Below are positions 21,567 to 32,337 of a stretch of DNA of 64,000 nucleotides, piece after piece. The stretch spans positions 186,001 through 250,000 of the forward strand of contig CAWKCK010000004.1 of the NCBI GenBank assembly GCA_963848135.1, given 5' to 3'. The position numbers were made by a program, and so were the translations under genes. This DNA is from an uncultured delta proteobacterium. GTDB taxonomy: Bacteria > Desulfobacterota > Desulfobacteria > Desulfobacterales > SG8-13. Each line of letters begins with the position of its first letter. Position 1 is the first letter of the stretch. Under the pieces are notes generated by a model. The model was given only the letters and a program-made list of their open reading frames with translations. It was not told the DNA's origin and did no database searches.

Positions 21567-22667
21567 ATGAAAAACGAAAATAATAATAAAAAGATTGCCA
21601 TAATCGGGACAGTCGGCGTTCCTTCGAATTATGGTGGCTTCGAAACTTTAGTAGAAAATATCGTCGAACAACTCAGCGCAAGTTTTCAAACCACAGTATA
21701 TTGTAGCGCAAAGCGTTTCCCTGAAAAAATATATACCTATAAGGGGGCACAACTAGTATATCTTCCTTTAGACGCAAATGGTTTGCAAAGTATCGTTTAT
21801 GATATACTCTCAATATTATTGTCTTTAAAGAGAAATGATATTTTCTTAATTTTCGGTGTTTCCGGTTGTATCATACTTCCAATCATTAAAATTTTTACAA
21901 GGAAAACTTTTATTGTTCATATAGATGGACTTGAATGGAAACGTAATAAATGGAAATTTTTCGCTAAAGCAATCTTACGCTTGTCAGAAAAATGTGGAGT
22001 AACTTTCTCTGATGCTGTTATTGCAGATAATATTGCTATTAAAAGATATATCCAAAAACAGTATCATAAAAAAAGCGAGTTTATTGCCTATGGCGGTGAT
22101 CATACAAATAAAATTACGCTTGAAAAAAGTATAGTTAAAGCGTACCAATTGCCAAATACGGCATACGCTTTCTTTGTTTGCCGAATAGAGCCAGAGAATA
22201 ATTGCCATTTGATATTAGAAGCTTTTTCAACTGGCAATTTACCACTTGTTGCCATTGGAAACTGGGACAATTCAAAATATGGTCGTAATCTTAAAAAACG
22301 TTACATAAAATATGACAATCTGCATCTATTAGATGCTATTTACGATCTTACAGTTTTAGATTCAATTCGATCCAATTGTATTATTTACATTCACGGCCAT
22401 GCCGCAGGAGGTACTAACCCTTCACTTGTCGAGGCCATGTCGCTTGGATTAGCCATTGCCGCATATAGAGTAGATTACAATATAGAGACGACTCAGGGAA
22501 AGGCTCTTTTCTTTCAAAACAAACACGAACTAATTAACATTATTAAAAATATAAATTCTATTGACTTAGATAAAATAGGAAATGACCTACGTAATTTGTC
22601 CGAGGAAAAATACAAATGGAAAATTATAGCTCAAAAATATGAAGAACTCGCTTATGTGTTTTATTGA
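21567..22667 (+). CDS. GT4-like glycosyltransferase (DUF1972)
   Basis: GTVGVPSNYGGFET, DGLEWKR.KW, GGTNPSLVEAM. Confidence 0.85.
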   Translation: MKNENNNKKIAIIGTVGVPSNYGGFETLVENIVEQLSASFQTTVYCSAKRFPEKIYTYKGAQLVYLPLDANGLQSIVYDILSILLSLKRNDIFLIFGVSGCIILPIIKIFTRKTFIVHIDGLEWKRNKWKFFAKAILRLSEKCGVTFSDAVIADNIAIKRYIQKQYHKKSEFIAYGGDHTNKITLEKSIVKAYQLPNTAYAFFVCRIEPENNCHLILEAFSTGNLPLVAIGNWDNSKYGRNLKKRYIKYDNLHLLDAIYDLTVLDSIRSNCIIYIHGHAAGGTNPSLVEAMSLGLAIAAYRVDYNIETTQGKALFFQNKHELINIIKNINSIDLDKIGNDLRNLSEEKYKWKIIAQKYEELAYVFY

Positions 22668-22726
22668 AGAAAGACACTTCATTTATATTCTAACCTTATT
22701 CAGTGATCTGTGTAAGTGATATTAAA

Positions 22727-24557
22727 ATGAAAACCGCATTAATATACTCAATCGATAAATATTCTAAAGTAATCATCTATATGATTGTATTAACTGGCAT
22801 ATACTATTCTGCTTATAGCTTCATGTTAAAATGGTGGGAAAAGGAAGATTTCAATTATTGCTATCTTATACCGTTTATTGTGATTTATTTGATATGGGAA
22901 AAACGTAAGGAATTTGAAACCACAGAAATTTCTCATTCTTGGATAGGTTTTTTTCCACTCGTTTTTGGAATTATGCTATATTTTTTAGGAGAATTAGGTG
23001 GTGAATACTATACGCTTTATTTTTCTTCATGGTTGATATTCATCGGCCTCTGCTGGATACATCTCGGTTGGGAAAAACTTAAAATTATCTGGTTCCCTGT
23101 TGTTTTCATCCTGGCTATGTTTCCTCCGCCAAACGCGATTAACCATCCTTTGACTCTTAAGTTCAAACTGTTATCCTCAAAAATTGGTGTGGCTATCATC
23201 CAGGCATATGGCCTTTCCGCCTACCGGGAAGGCAATGTTATAGATCTGGGATTCACTCAACTGCAGGTGGTGGATGCTTGCAGCGGACTGAGGTTTCTGT
23301 ATCCCTTGATTATCATGGCCCTGCTTTTGGCCTATTTTTACAGGGGCAGCTTTTGGAAAAGGGCCATCCTCGTCATATCCGCCGTGCCGATCACAATCAT
23401 CACGAATTCATTCAGGATTGCCATGACCGGCATTCTTTATAAACATTTTGGGGCCGCTGCGGCCGAAGGGTTTTTTCACGGGTTTTCCGGGATGGTTTAT
23501 TTTCATGTTCGCGTTGGCGATATTGTTGCTGGAAATGTGGATTATTAGTGGGTTTCGGTCGATTTTTGGGATTAAATTGGACGCAGAGGATAAGTATAAT
23601 TCAGGGATTGAGGAATTGAGGGATTCAGGAATTGAAAAGCTTGAGGGGCAAAGTGAGAAAGAGCTGAAAAGCAATATTTTAGCCACAGACGCACACAGAC
23701 ACGCACAGACAAAAGAAAGAGATATTTTCCCGGACGACGCTGTCCGGGAAAAACCTTCTGCTGCTTCGCAGTTAAAAGATATTCATTCCGATAACGCCAT
23801 TGACTCACTCGATGGGGAATACCCCGCAACCCGCAACTCGCAACTCGCAACACGAAGCCCCCAAACACAGGAACCCGCAACCCGCAACCCGCAACCCGTA
23901 ACTCCATGGCTGAAAGCCATTCTCCAGCCACCCCAATTCATTGTAGCTGTACTACTGCTGGGAGCCACCCTGGTTTTGGCGCAGGGAGTGGAGTTCCGGG
24001 AAAAGATTCCTATGAGCCGATCATTTTCAGAGTTTCCGTTGCAGGTGGGGGAGTGGACGGGAAAGCGCGACGTGCTGGAGCTCAAATTTATCGAAGAGCT
24101 CGATTTCAAGGATTATATTATTGTGGATTACAGGGACAAAGCCGGAAAGGCTGTGAATTTTTACACGGCCTATTATGATACTCAGCGCAAGGGCGAGTCG
24201 ATCCATTCACCGGAAACCTGTCTGCCCGGCGGCGGCTGGGAGTTTAAAAGAGCCGGCCGCACCACTGTGCCGATGAATCCATCTGACATGACGATCAACC
24301 GTGCCTTCATCGTGCAGGGGGCCGCCAAACAGTTGACCTATTACTGGTTTCCTTTAAGGGATCGTATCGCCACCAATCTCTGGGAGGTCAAGGCCTACAA
24401 TTTCTGGGACGCGCTCACGCGCCAAAGAACCGATGGGGCGCTGGTGCGCCTGGTGACCCCGGTGTACAAAGATGAAAATGTGGCGGATGCGGATGAGCGG
24501 TTGGCGGCGTTCACGCGGGAGATTGTGCCGGTGTTAAAAGAATTTTTACCAAGGTAA
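22727..24557 (+). pseudogene. xrtD: Exosortase-EpsI fusion (XrtD-like) with a frameshift at ~23490
   Basis: VVDACSGLR, N.FRI, FFHGFSG exosortase motifs; EpsI HSPETCLPGGGW, RTDGALVR; an extra G in TCCGGGATGG splits the ORF. Confidence 0.75.
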
Positions 24558-24815
24558 AATGAAAAATTGAGGGATTGAAGGATTTAAGAATTCAGGGATT
24601 GAAGGATTGAAGAATTAAGGGATTGAGGGTAAAGCAAATTCAGGAATTGAGGGATTAAGGGATTGAAGGATTGAAGGATATAGGGATTAGTGAATTATAA
24701 AAAATTTGAAGAGCTGCCGGTTTGGAATCTAGCAAGAGAGTTATGGGCGGTGGTCCCCAAAAACTGGACAATGTGTTAAACTCTGAGTCAGTCCAAACAA
24801 GAAAGGAACTGACAA

Positions 24816-25097
24816 ATGGGCAAAAAGCGAAAAAAGTACAGTTCAGAGTTCAAAGCCAAGGTTGCGTTGGCCGCGTTAAAGAACGAAGAAACCACCGCAG
24901 AGCTGGCTCAGCGCTTCGGCGTGCATCCCACAATGATCAGCGGTTGGAAACGCTCATTGCTTGAAGGCGCCGCCGAGATTTTCGATAAGGGCCAAGGCTC
25001 CCGAAAGCAAACCGATGAAAAGATCGATGAGCTTCATCGGCAAATCGGCAAGCTGAAGGTGGAAAACGATTTTTTATCACGAAAGCTCGACTTCTAA
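24816..25097 (+). CDS. IS3 transposase OrfA
   Basis: KYSSEFKAKVAL HTH; T-run near 25070 is a probable -1 frameshift site. Confidence 0.9.
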   Translation: MGKKRKKYSSEFKAKVALAALKNEETTAELAQRFGVHPTMISGWKRSLLEGAAEIFDKGQGSRKQTDEKIDELHRQIGKLKVENDFLSRKLDF

Positions 25098-25117
25098 GTG
25101 TCAAGGAGCGGCGTCAA

Positions 25118-25951
25118 ATGATCGATGCTAATGACCAGAAGTTGAGCGCGTCCAGACAGTGCGGGATATTGAACCTGAATCGCTCCACCTACTACTACAA
25201 AAAGAAACCAATTAAGCCCGAAGATCTGAAGCTGATGCGCCTGATCGATGAGCAGTATCTAAAGACACCCAGTTGGGGCAGTCGCTCGATGCGAAACCAT
25301 CTTCGCCGAATGGGCTATAAAATCAACCGTAAACGGGTTCAGCGGCTGATGCGGCTAATGGGCCTTGAGGCAATTTATCCGAAACCAAAAACCAGCCGAC
25401 CGCATCCGGCCCATAAAGTCTACCCCTACTTGCTACGAAACACGGTGGTTGACCATCCCAACCAGGTGTGGACAACCGACATCACCTACATTCCGATGAA
25501 CCGTGGCTTTATGTATCTTATTGCCGTCATGGACTGGTACAGTCGCAAAGTTTTATCCTGGCGGGTATCCAATACCCTGGATACCGATTTTTGTATCGAG
25601 GCCGTAGAAGAGGCCATCAGTCGCCACGGTACGCCAGAAATATTTAATACCGATCAAGGCGCTCAATTTACCAGTGCCGGTTTTACAAATTTACTCAAGT
25701 CGCACAATGTGCGGATCAGCATGGATGGCCGCGGCCGTGTCCAGGACAATATTTTCATTGAACGACTGTGGTGGACGCTCAAGTACCAGTATGTTTACCT
25801 GTGGTCTTTTAACAACGGTTCCGAGCTTCGGCAGGGCCTTGGCCAGTGGTTTGGGTTTTACAACGCTGAGCGGTCCCATCAGGCGCTTGACAACTTGACC
25901 CCGGATGAGGTTTACTTCGGTCTTCCCCATCCGTTTGCCGAGGCTGCTTGA
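25118..25951 (+). CDS. IS3 transposase OrfB (DDE)
   Basis: WTTDITY, NTDQGAQF, DNIFIERLW. Confidence 0.95.
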   Translation: MIDANDQKLSASRQCGILNLNRSTYYYKKKPIKPEDLKLMRLIDEQYLKTPSWGSRSMRNHLRRMGYKINRKRVQRLMRLMGLEAIYPKPKTSRPHPAHKVYPYLLRNTVVDHPNQVWTTDITYIPMNRGFMYLIAVMDWYSRKVLSWRVSNTLDTDFCIEAVEEAISRHGTPEIFNTDQGAQFTSAGFTNLLKSHNVRISMDGRGRVQDNIFIERLWWTLKYQYVYLWSFNNGSELRQGLGQWFGFYNAERSHQALDNLTPDEVYFGLPHPFAEAA

Positions 25952-26129
25952 GGCCTCGCTCCCACTACGCCCGACTCAGAGCTTAACTCTAAGCTCAGGC
26001 TGTCCAAGTGATTGGGTCCACCGCCATGTCGTGGAGTGTATCAATTAGTTTCAGAGACCAAACTGAGGAAAGATTTCAGCCTGCGAGATCAAATTTTGCG
26101 GGCAGCTGGTTCGGTAATGGATAATGCTC

Positions 26130-26407
26130 GCCCAGTTAAATAGCTTGTTTTCAATGTACTACACTTATATTCTACATAGCCAACAGGATATGAATTTTTA
26201 CGTTGGGTTTACAAAGAACCTCAAGCTAAGATTTGAGCAGCATGAGAAGGGTCTGGTGGAGTCGACGAAGCACCGGAGGCCACTCAAGCTAATCTATTAC
26301 GAAGCGTGTGTAGTTGAAAAAGATGCTTTAAAGCGAGAAAAATACTTAAAAACATACCATGGAAGAATGTTCATTAAGAGAAGACTCAAATCTTATTTAA
26401 CGGGGTA
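26130..26407 (+). mobile_element. Second GIY-YIG mini-element
   Basis: IRs CCCAGTTAAAT (26131) / ATTTAACGGGG (26405), inside the four-helix-bundle gene. Confidence 0.8.
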
Positions 26408-26408
26408 A
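26154..26408 (+). CDS. Small GIY-YIG nuclease
   Basis: 84 aa, 58/84 identical to 10495..10749 by manual ungapped alignment. Confidence 0.9.
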   Translation: MYYTYILHSQQDMNFYVGFTKNLKLRFEQHEKGLVESTKHRRPLKLIYYEACVVEKDALKREKYLKTYHGRMFIKRRLKSYLTG

Positions 26409-26672
26409 ACGTATGGATTTGATGACGGTTCGCCAAGGGAATTCATAAGATTCTTGGGCTACTCGCAAAGATCATGTGGCGAAATACAATCTCAATTATA
26501 CAGGGCAATTGATTGTCACTACATTACGAAGGATCAGTTCGATTCCGTTTATACCTTGTCGGCTGAATGCAGGAAACAAATAAAGGGCTTCAGAAAATAT
26601 CTTCGAAACTACAGTTCAAACCAAAATTCCTAAATTCCTAAATCCGCAATACATAAATTTAATTACTAAAAC

Positions 26673-28316
26673 ATGATCTACTTCTCCACTCTTCTTTTAG
26701 CGATGTTCATTACCATTGCGCTGATACCGATTTTAAAGCGGTATGCGGTATTCTTGCACGTTGTCGACATGCCCGGCGAACGTAAAGTTCACAACACACC
26801 GGTGCCAAAGGTGGGCGGCATCGCGATGGGTTTAGGTGCATTGGTGCCAGTGTTGATATACGTTTATGGCGACAAATCGGTGTTGTCGATTCTGCTGGGA
26901 ACGGCCATAATTATCGCCTTTGGCGTGCTGGACGATGCCAAGGAGCTGGGGTATAAGGCCAAGTTCTTTGGTCAAGTGGGCGCGGCTTTGGTGGTGGTGT
27001 TCTTCGGCGGGGTGAAGATCTGCTGCCTGGGCAACCTCTTACCTGGAGAGATGGTTCTGCCCGACTGGTTGGCCGTAACCTTGACGATAATTGTGATCGT
27101 GGGCGTCACCAATGCTGTCAACCTGGCTGACGGCCTCGACGGTCTCGCCGGGGGGTTGATGCTGCTCAGTTTCCTTTGCATCAGTTTCATGGCTTACAAG
27201 ATCGGGTACATGTCCATTGCTCTTCTATCGGCCGCCACGGTGGGCGCCATTTTCGGCTTCCTGCGTTTCAACACCTATCCGGCGACCATTTTCATGGGTG
27301 ATGCCGGCAGCCAGCTCCTTGGGTTCCTGGCCATCACCATGGCGATAGCGATTACCCACGGTAACAGTCCCTACAACGTCCTATTTCCACTTATCCTGCT
27401 TGGTTTGCCCATTCTTGATACGCTTTGGGTTATGATCGAAAGAATAAAGAAAGGTAAATCGCCTTTTGTGGCCGACAAGAATCACCTGCATCACAAGCTA
27501 CTGAATCTGGGCCTTTACCATACAGAAGCGGTCTTTACCCTCTACGTTCTGCAGGCAGCGCTGGTGACGACCGCATTTCTGCAACGCTTTTATCCTGAAT
27601 CGACGGCGTTGGTCGTATATTTAGTGTTTTCAGTCGGTATGTTTGTCATTCTTGGTGCCGCAGAAAAACGCGGCTGGCGCTTGGAACGCCCCGGTATCAT
27701 TGACCGGATGATCAAAGACCGGCTCAAAATTTACATCAGAGAGCGATATGTCGGGATTAAGCTGTCCCAAAGCGTCATAGAGATCGGTTTCCCGCTCTTA
27801 TTGATAGTCAACTGTGCCCTGACTGGACGATGTCGCTATTGCCATGGCAGATGTAGCGGCTGCATTGGTCCTGATGATTTTTGGGATCAGCCTGTATCGG
27901 CCGACCAAACTCGGCTGGCGTGTTGCGAATGACGGTTTACTTTTTCCTGCCCCTGATCATTTATTATGGTGAGGTAAACCGGTTGTCGTGGATCCCGGAA
28001 TGAATTTATGCGTTGGTTCAACTTGAACTTCGTGGTGCTGGTTTTCTTTGCGGTGATGACCCTTAAACTGACCCGGCGCAGGGAAGGGTTCAAGCTCAAA
28101 CCGATCGATTTTATCATCCTTTTCGTGGCCATCGTGGTGCCCAACCTGCCGGACACAGCCGTTAACAGCTACCACGCCGGACCGTTGGCAACAAAGATCG
28201 TCGTTTTTTTCTTCACTTTCGAGGTGCTTGTGGGTGAGTTGCGCGGCGCGATGGGACGCCTGGGGGCCGCAATCGCCTTTGCCATGGTGGTGGTGGTGGT
28301 GAAGGGGGTTATATGA
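26673..28316 (+). pseudogene. WecA/MraY-family undecaprenyl-phosphate sugar-1-P transferase with C-terminal frameshifts
   Basis: GVLDD, NAVNLADGLDGLA, FMGDAGS, D.NHLHH; the C-terminal extension continues in ORF 28008..28316. Confidence 0.8.
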
Positions 28317-28500
28317 ATAAAATTTAGGAATTGAGGGATTCAGGAATTCAGGAATTGAGGGATTGAAAATAAGGGTTCAGGGAGTCGAGGAATCGAGAGT
28401 GAAATCTGTGGTTGAATTGGTTTTGTTGGTTACATTGGTTTGATTAGTTTTATTGGTTAAATAGAATCACTTGCGATTTTATATAACGTGGCGTTGCCGC

Positions 28501-28848
28501 TTAATTCAGGTTCATGACGAGCTTCAATCCCTTCTCGACCTCAACCATTTTTTCTTTCGGCAGGGTGCCTATTTTTTCTTTGATGCTGGATTTGTCGACC
28601 GACTTGATTTGGGTGACGTTGACGACACATTGACGCGGCAGGTTGGCTTCACCCCTTTTCAGCAAAACATTGCCGGGAAGATCTCCGAACTTCAGGGTCG
28701 AGGTAATGGCCAACATGATGACCGTGTTTATCTTGCTGTCATTTAATACATCACTCTGAATGACAAGCCCCGGTCTTCTCCCCAGCGGTTCAGAAGATTT
28801 GCCGGGCGAAAAATCGACCCAGTAAATCGACCCTTTGCGAATTACCAT
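28501..28848 (-). CDS. MazF/PemK toxin
   Basis: IYWVDF.PG..SEP..RRPGLVIQSD.LN. Confidence 0.9.
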   Translation of the reverse strand: MVIRKGSIYWVDFSPGKSSEPLGRRPGLVIQSDVLNDSKINTVIMLAITSTLKFGDLPGNVLLKRGEANLPRQCVVNVTQIKSVDKSSIKEKIGTLPKEKMVEVEKGLKLVMNLN

Positions 28849-29096
28849 TCCTGCCCCGTGTTACTGCCTGAACCTTCGAGCCATGAAGCGGTATCCAACT
28901 GTTCTTTCACGATGGTCTCATCGGAAAATACCTGATCGTAGGCTTGCTTGATCTGCCGGCTTCTTTCATCGATTATTATTTGGCGCAGAAGCAGGGTAAT
29001 GAATTTGCTCCGGGACAGACCCTGTTCACTTCGAATGTCGTCAATGGTGCAGAGAAGGTCGGATGGGATTGAAATAGCAACTTTTTTAGTATGCAT
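28842..29096 (-). CDS. CopG/RHH antitoxin
   Basis: KVAISIP...ID...GLSRSKFI; overlaps the toxin start. Confidence 0.8.
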   Translation of the reverse strand: MHTKKVAISIPSDLLCTIDDIRSEQGLSRSKFITLLLRQIIIDERSRQIKQAYDQVFSDETIVKEQLDTASWLEGSGSNTGQEW

Positions 29097-29392
29097 GAAA
29101 TTGAATACCTATTAGTATGATAAATTGGTATTCATATTTTAGCTACCTACTTATCGGGTTGTCAATGAGTAATGAGATTGAGGAATTGAGGAATAGAAAG
29201 GGCTGTTATAATTGTTACATTGGTTTGAATTGGTTTTATTGGTTAAATAGAATTCACTTGCGGTTTTATATACCGGTAGACATCGGTGCGGTAATAGTTA
29301 ACATAAGTTTTTTCGAAGCCAGAAAATCCCGCGGCGCGGGACCAAGTCTGTGAATGTCCGTGTGCGTCTGTGGCTGAAAGGTTTTTTTAATT

Positions 29393-29634
29393 GGCCACGG
29401 ACACACACAGACGAACACAGACAAGAGATAATTTTCCTTTGCGGACAGTCGCAAAGGAAAATCAGTCAGCCCTTCGGGCAAATAAAGCAAATCCTATCGG
29501 TTGTACGATTGCGAGCAGGTCGCCGAATCCACTCATTTGTGACGAACATGGAAAATCCCGCGCAGCGGGTGGCCTGTTTTGGCCGGTCATGTCGACCGGG
29601 CAAAGTCTGTGCGGGTCCGTGTGGGTCTGTGGTT
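29393..29634. repeat. Repeat A (~245 bp) with inverted CACAGAC-periodic arms
   Basis: Close copy at 31199..31442; related fragments at ~780-850, 5760-5850, 23680-23770, 32020-32250 and 41410-41630. Confidence 0.85.
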
Positions 29635-29667
29635 AACAAGGGGTTTTGAAATGCAATGGAATTGGAT

Positions 29668-29922
29668 TAGCCGCAGACGGACGCAGACGGGCACAGACAA
29701 GAGATTATTTGTCTCGGCCGACCTGGCCGAGACAAGGCGTCTGGCGCTGCGCGTAGCTAATGGTTTTAGAGCACTTGCACCAATCGACGAATATCCACAT
29801 TTGTTAATATCATCGATCATCGATAATTAAAGGAAAGGATTGCTCGCCCGCAGGGCTTGCCAGTTTGGCACAGACAGGTCGTCCGGACCAAAGTCTGTGA
29901 GTGTCCGCGTGTGTCTGCGGTA
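29668..29922. repeat. Repeat B (~255 bp) with inverted CGCAGAC-periodic arms
   Basis: Paralogue at 30508..30765. Confidence 0.85.
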
Positions 29923-30017
29923 AATTATGTGGTTTGATGAAGTTTGATCGGTTACGTCTCAAAAGGCGGTCAGAAAGACGTAGATTCTTGGTTTTCCAAT
30001 AGTAAGGACTTATTATT

Positions 30018-30248
30018 ATGGACATAATATTTTCACGACACGCCAAGAGACGTATGGCCCTGTATGAGATCGATGTCCCTGATGTGAAACTCGCTATCGA
30101 AAGAGGGGAGAAGCAGATTCAGCCAGATGGGAAAATATGTTTTACCATTACATTGGAAAAACTCAAATATCCTTTGAAAGTTGTGACCTTTGAAGAGGCG
30201 GAAACTTATGTTATCATTACGGCTTATCCTCTCAAAAGAATGGGGTAA
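30018..30248 (+). CDS. DUF4258 putative toxin
   Basis: FSRHAKRRM...VIITAYP. Confidence 0.85.
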   Translation: MDIIFSRHAKRRMALYEIDVPDVKLAIERGEKQIQPDGKICFTITLEKLKYPLKVVTFEEAETYVIITAYPLKRMG

Positions 30249-30252
30249 AACG

Positions 30253-30474
30253 ATGAAAATCAGTTACGATAAAAAGGTAGACGCTGTTTATTTAAAATTG
30301 CTTGAATTGAAACCTGACGGTGTTATCGAAGTCGCCGAGGGCATAAATATCGATGTCACTGCGGATGGAAAAATTGTCGGAATTGAATTCTTGGATGCAA
30401 CCCATAAAATATCCATCGACAGTTTGCTGACATACGAAATCGAGCCTGGAAGCATCAGTGAATTGGCGCATTAG
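30253..30474 (+). CDS. DUF2283 putative antitoxin
   Basis: MKISYDKKVDAVYLKL...DGKIVGIEFLDA. Confidence 0.85.
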   Translation: MKISYDKKVDAVYLKLLELKPDGVIEVAEGINIDVTADGKIVGIEFLDATHKISIDSLLTYEIEPGSISELAH

Positions 30475-30507
30475 AAATGAGCTAACAGATAGATCGTACC
30501 ATTAAAT

Positions 30508-30765
30508 TAACCGCAGACGGACGCAGACGAGCGCAGACAAGAGATTATTTGTCTCGGCCGACCTGGCCGAGACAAAGATGTCATGCGCTTCGCGCAGTTT
30601 TGAGCTGCCGGGTACTCGCACAAGTCAATGAATTTGAGCATTAGTGAACCATCACCGATCATCGTTAGATCTACAAAAGAATTTATCGCCTGCAGGGCTG
30701 GCCAATTTGGGCCGGACAGGTCGTCCGGGCTAAAGTCTGCGTGAGTCTGCGTGGGTCTGTGGCTA
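30508..30765. repeat. Repeat B, copy 2
   Basis: Shares GAGATTATTTGTCTCGGCCGACCTGGCCGAGACAA and end arms with 29668..29922. Confidence 0.85.
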
Positions 30766-30787
30766 AATATCATTTTATTGAATTTTA

Positions 30788-30964
30788 AAGGATCCGCTTC
30801 GTCTTGTCATTCCTGCGCGAACAACTGACGAACCAAGGTATCTTCTGGTCGGCAAGATTTCCGAGAGACACTGGTCGGCGGTCTTCACATATCGTGGTGA
30901 AGCCATTCGAATCATATCTGTGCGGAGATCCCGCAAAGAGGAGGTGGAACTTTATGAAGGCTAA
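30788..30964 (+). pseudogene. 5'-truncated BrnT toxin
   Basis: Unlisted frame KDPLRLVIPARTTDEPRYLLVGKI...IRIISVRRSRKEEVELYEG*; no N-terminus. Confidence 0.8.
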
Positions 30965-31175
30965 AGAACTGGACAAAAAATTCGACTCCGGGAAAAGTAT
31001 TTTAAAAGATTTGGACTTGGAAAACGCTGTCAGGCCCGGACAAGAGCATAAAAGAGTTAACGTAGACTTTCCGGCATGGATGGTTTCGCGCTTAGACAAA
31101 GAAGCTAAACGTCTGGGTGTGCCCAGGCAATCATTAATAAAAATTTGGATCGCCGAAAAGCTGCAAGAGTTCTAA
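30954..31175 (+). CDS. BrnA/CopG-type antitoxin
   Basis: MKAKELDKKFD...RVNVDFPAWM...LGVPRQSLIK; RBS GAGGAGG. Confidence 0.85.
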   Translation: MKAKELDKKFDSGKSILKDLDLENAVRPGQEHKRVNVDFPAWMVSRLDKEAKRLGVPRQSLIKIWIAEKLQEF

Positions 31176-31198
31176 CAAAACATTGCAATGTAATATTA

Positions 31199-31442
31199 GC
31201 CACAGACACACACAGACGAACACAGACAAGGGCTTTTTTTTTCCCTTGCGGACGATCGCAAAGGAAAACCAGTCAGCCCTTCGGGCAGATTAAGCAAATC
31301 CTATCGGTTGTAGGATTGCGAGCAGGCCGCCGAATCCACTCATTTATGACGAACATGGAAAATCCCGCGCAGCGGGTGGCCTGTTTTGGCCGGTCATGTC
31401 GACCGGGCAAAAGTCTGTGCGGGTCCGTTTGCGTCTGTGGTT
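31199..31442. repeat. Repeat A, copy 2
   Basis: Near-identical to 29393..29634. Confidence 0.85.
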
Positions 31443-31542
31443 AATAAAGGGTTTTGATGTTTTTTGAACGGCCGCCCCACACGGCCGGTCAGAAGAAAAT
31501 ATTTTCTCCACTAACGCTGTGACTCTGCGGTGGATAAGCTTC

Positions 31543-31758
31543 TCAAGACCAGTTCAGGACCAGCTTTCTCTGGTTTCGGGCACAGTCTGTCAGATATGAA
31601 TTGATCAGCGTTTGATACGGTATGCCTGTTGCTTCGGACATCTCCTTAAAGTATTCGATGACCTCGATACCCAACCGCATGGTCACCTGTTTTTTCAGAC
31701 TCGCAGAATAAGGGTTCTTTTTGCCGGTCATTTTTGAAAAATTATATTCTTTTCTCAT
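31543..31758 (-). CDS. BrnA-family antitoxin
   Basis: MRKEYNFS...VTMRL...YFK...GIPYQTLIN. Confidence 0.85.
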   Translation of the reverse strand: MRKEYNFSKMTGKKNPYSASLKKQVTMRLGIEVIEYFKEMSEATGIPYQTLINSYLTDCARNQRKLVLNWS

Positions 31759-31964
31759 TGCCTATCGCCCCCATAGTAGTGGGTTTCCTTTTTAGTTGCC
31801 TTACGAGCAGATATGATACGAATGGTTGATTCGTCTTCACGATAGCAGTAGCAGACGACCAGGATTCTTATCCCGAATATTTCATGAAATCTTTTCTGCA
31901 CTCGATTTTTGGTTTTGTTAGATTCGGCCTTGCTGGAATCCCATTCGAATCTGATGTGCGTCAT
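31755..31964 (-). pseudogene. BrnT toxin with its centre replaced by an M1 MITE end
   Basis: FEWD..K..N and IRIISARKA are retained; the middle is TCCCGAATATTTCATGAAATCTTTT (31871..). Confidence 0.75.
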
Positions 31965-32337
31965 AAATATATTATAATTACATTGTAATTTATAATGTCA
32001 ACATATAATTTATTTTAGACGGACGCTGCCGTAGGATATTTTTTACCGTCGACGACGCTGTCGACGGTAAACCAGTCAGCCCTTCGGGCAGATTGTTCAT
32101 GTTTCATCGAATGTATTGTTACGGGCAGTTCGTCAAACCGATTCAGTACGACAGTAAACAAGGAAAGCTCCGCGGAGCGGATGACCTGTTTTGGCCGGTC
32201 GGGTCAACCGGGCAAAAGTCTGTGAATGTCCGTGTGGGTCTGTGGCTAATGAATGGCTTTAATGGCTTTTGAGCGGTCGCCTGCCAGGAAAGTGGCTGCA
32301 TGACATTTCTGAAAGGCGGGGCCCTAACCAAAATCCT

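Larger units (their letters stand above)
24746..26025 (+). mobile_element. Complete IS3-family element
   Basis: IRs GGCGGTGGTCCCCAAAAACTGGACA / TGTCCAAGTGATTGGGTCCACCGCC; 3-bp target duplication ATG. Confidence 0.95.
24690..26633 (+). pseudogene. Four-helix-bundle protein (23S rRNA IVP-like), interrupted by IS3 and by the GIY-YIG element
   Basis: Reconstruction: MNYKKFEELPVWNLARELCRGVYQL...DFSLRDQILRAAGSVMDN..GFDDGSPREFIRFLGYSQRSCGEIQSQLYRA...KGFRKYL*. Confidence 0.85.

Noticed and set aside
24690..26633. Diversity-generating retroelement (Avd-like four-helix bundle)
   Set aside because: No reverse transcriptase and no TR/VR pair with adenine-specific differences seen.
29117..30046. Several short ORFs in both directions
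   Set aside because: They are translations of repeats A and B, with no RBS or domain evidence.
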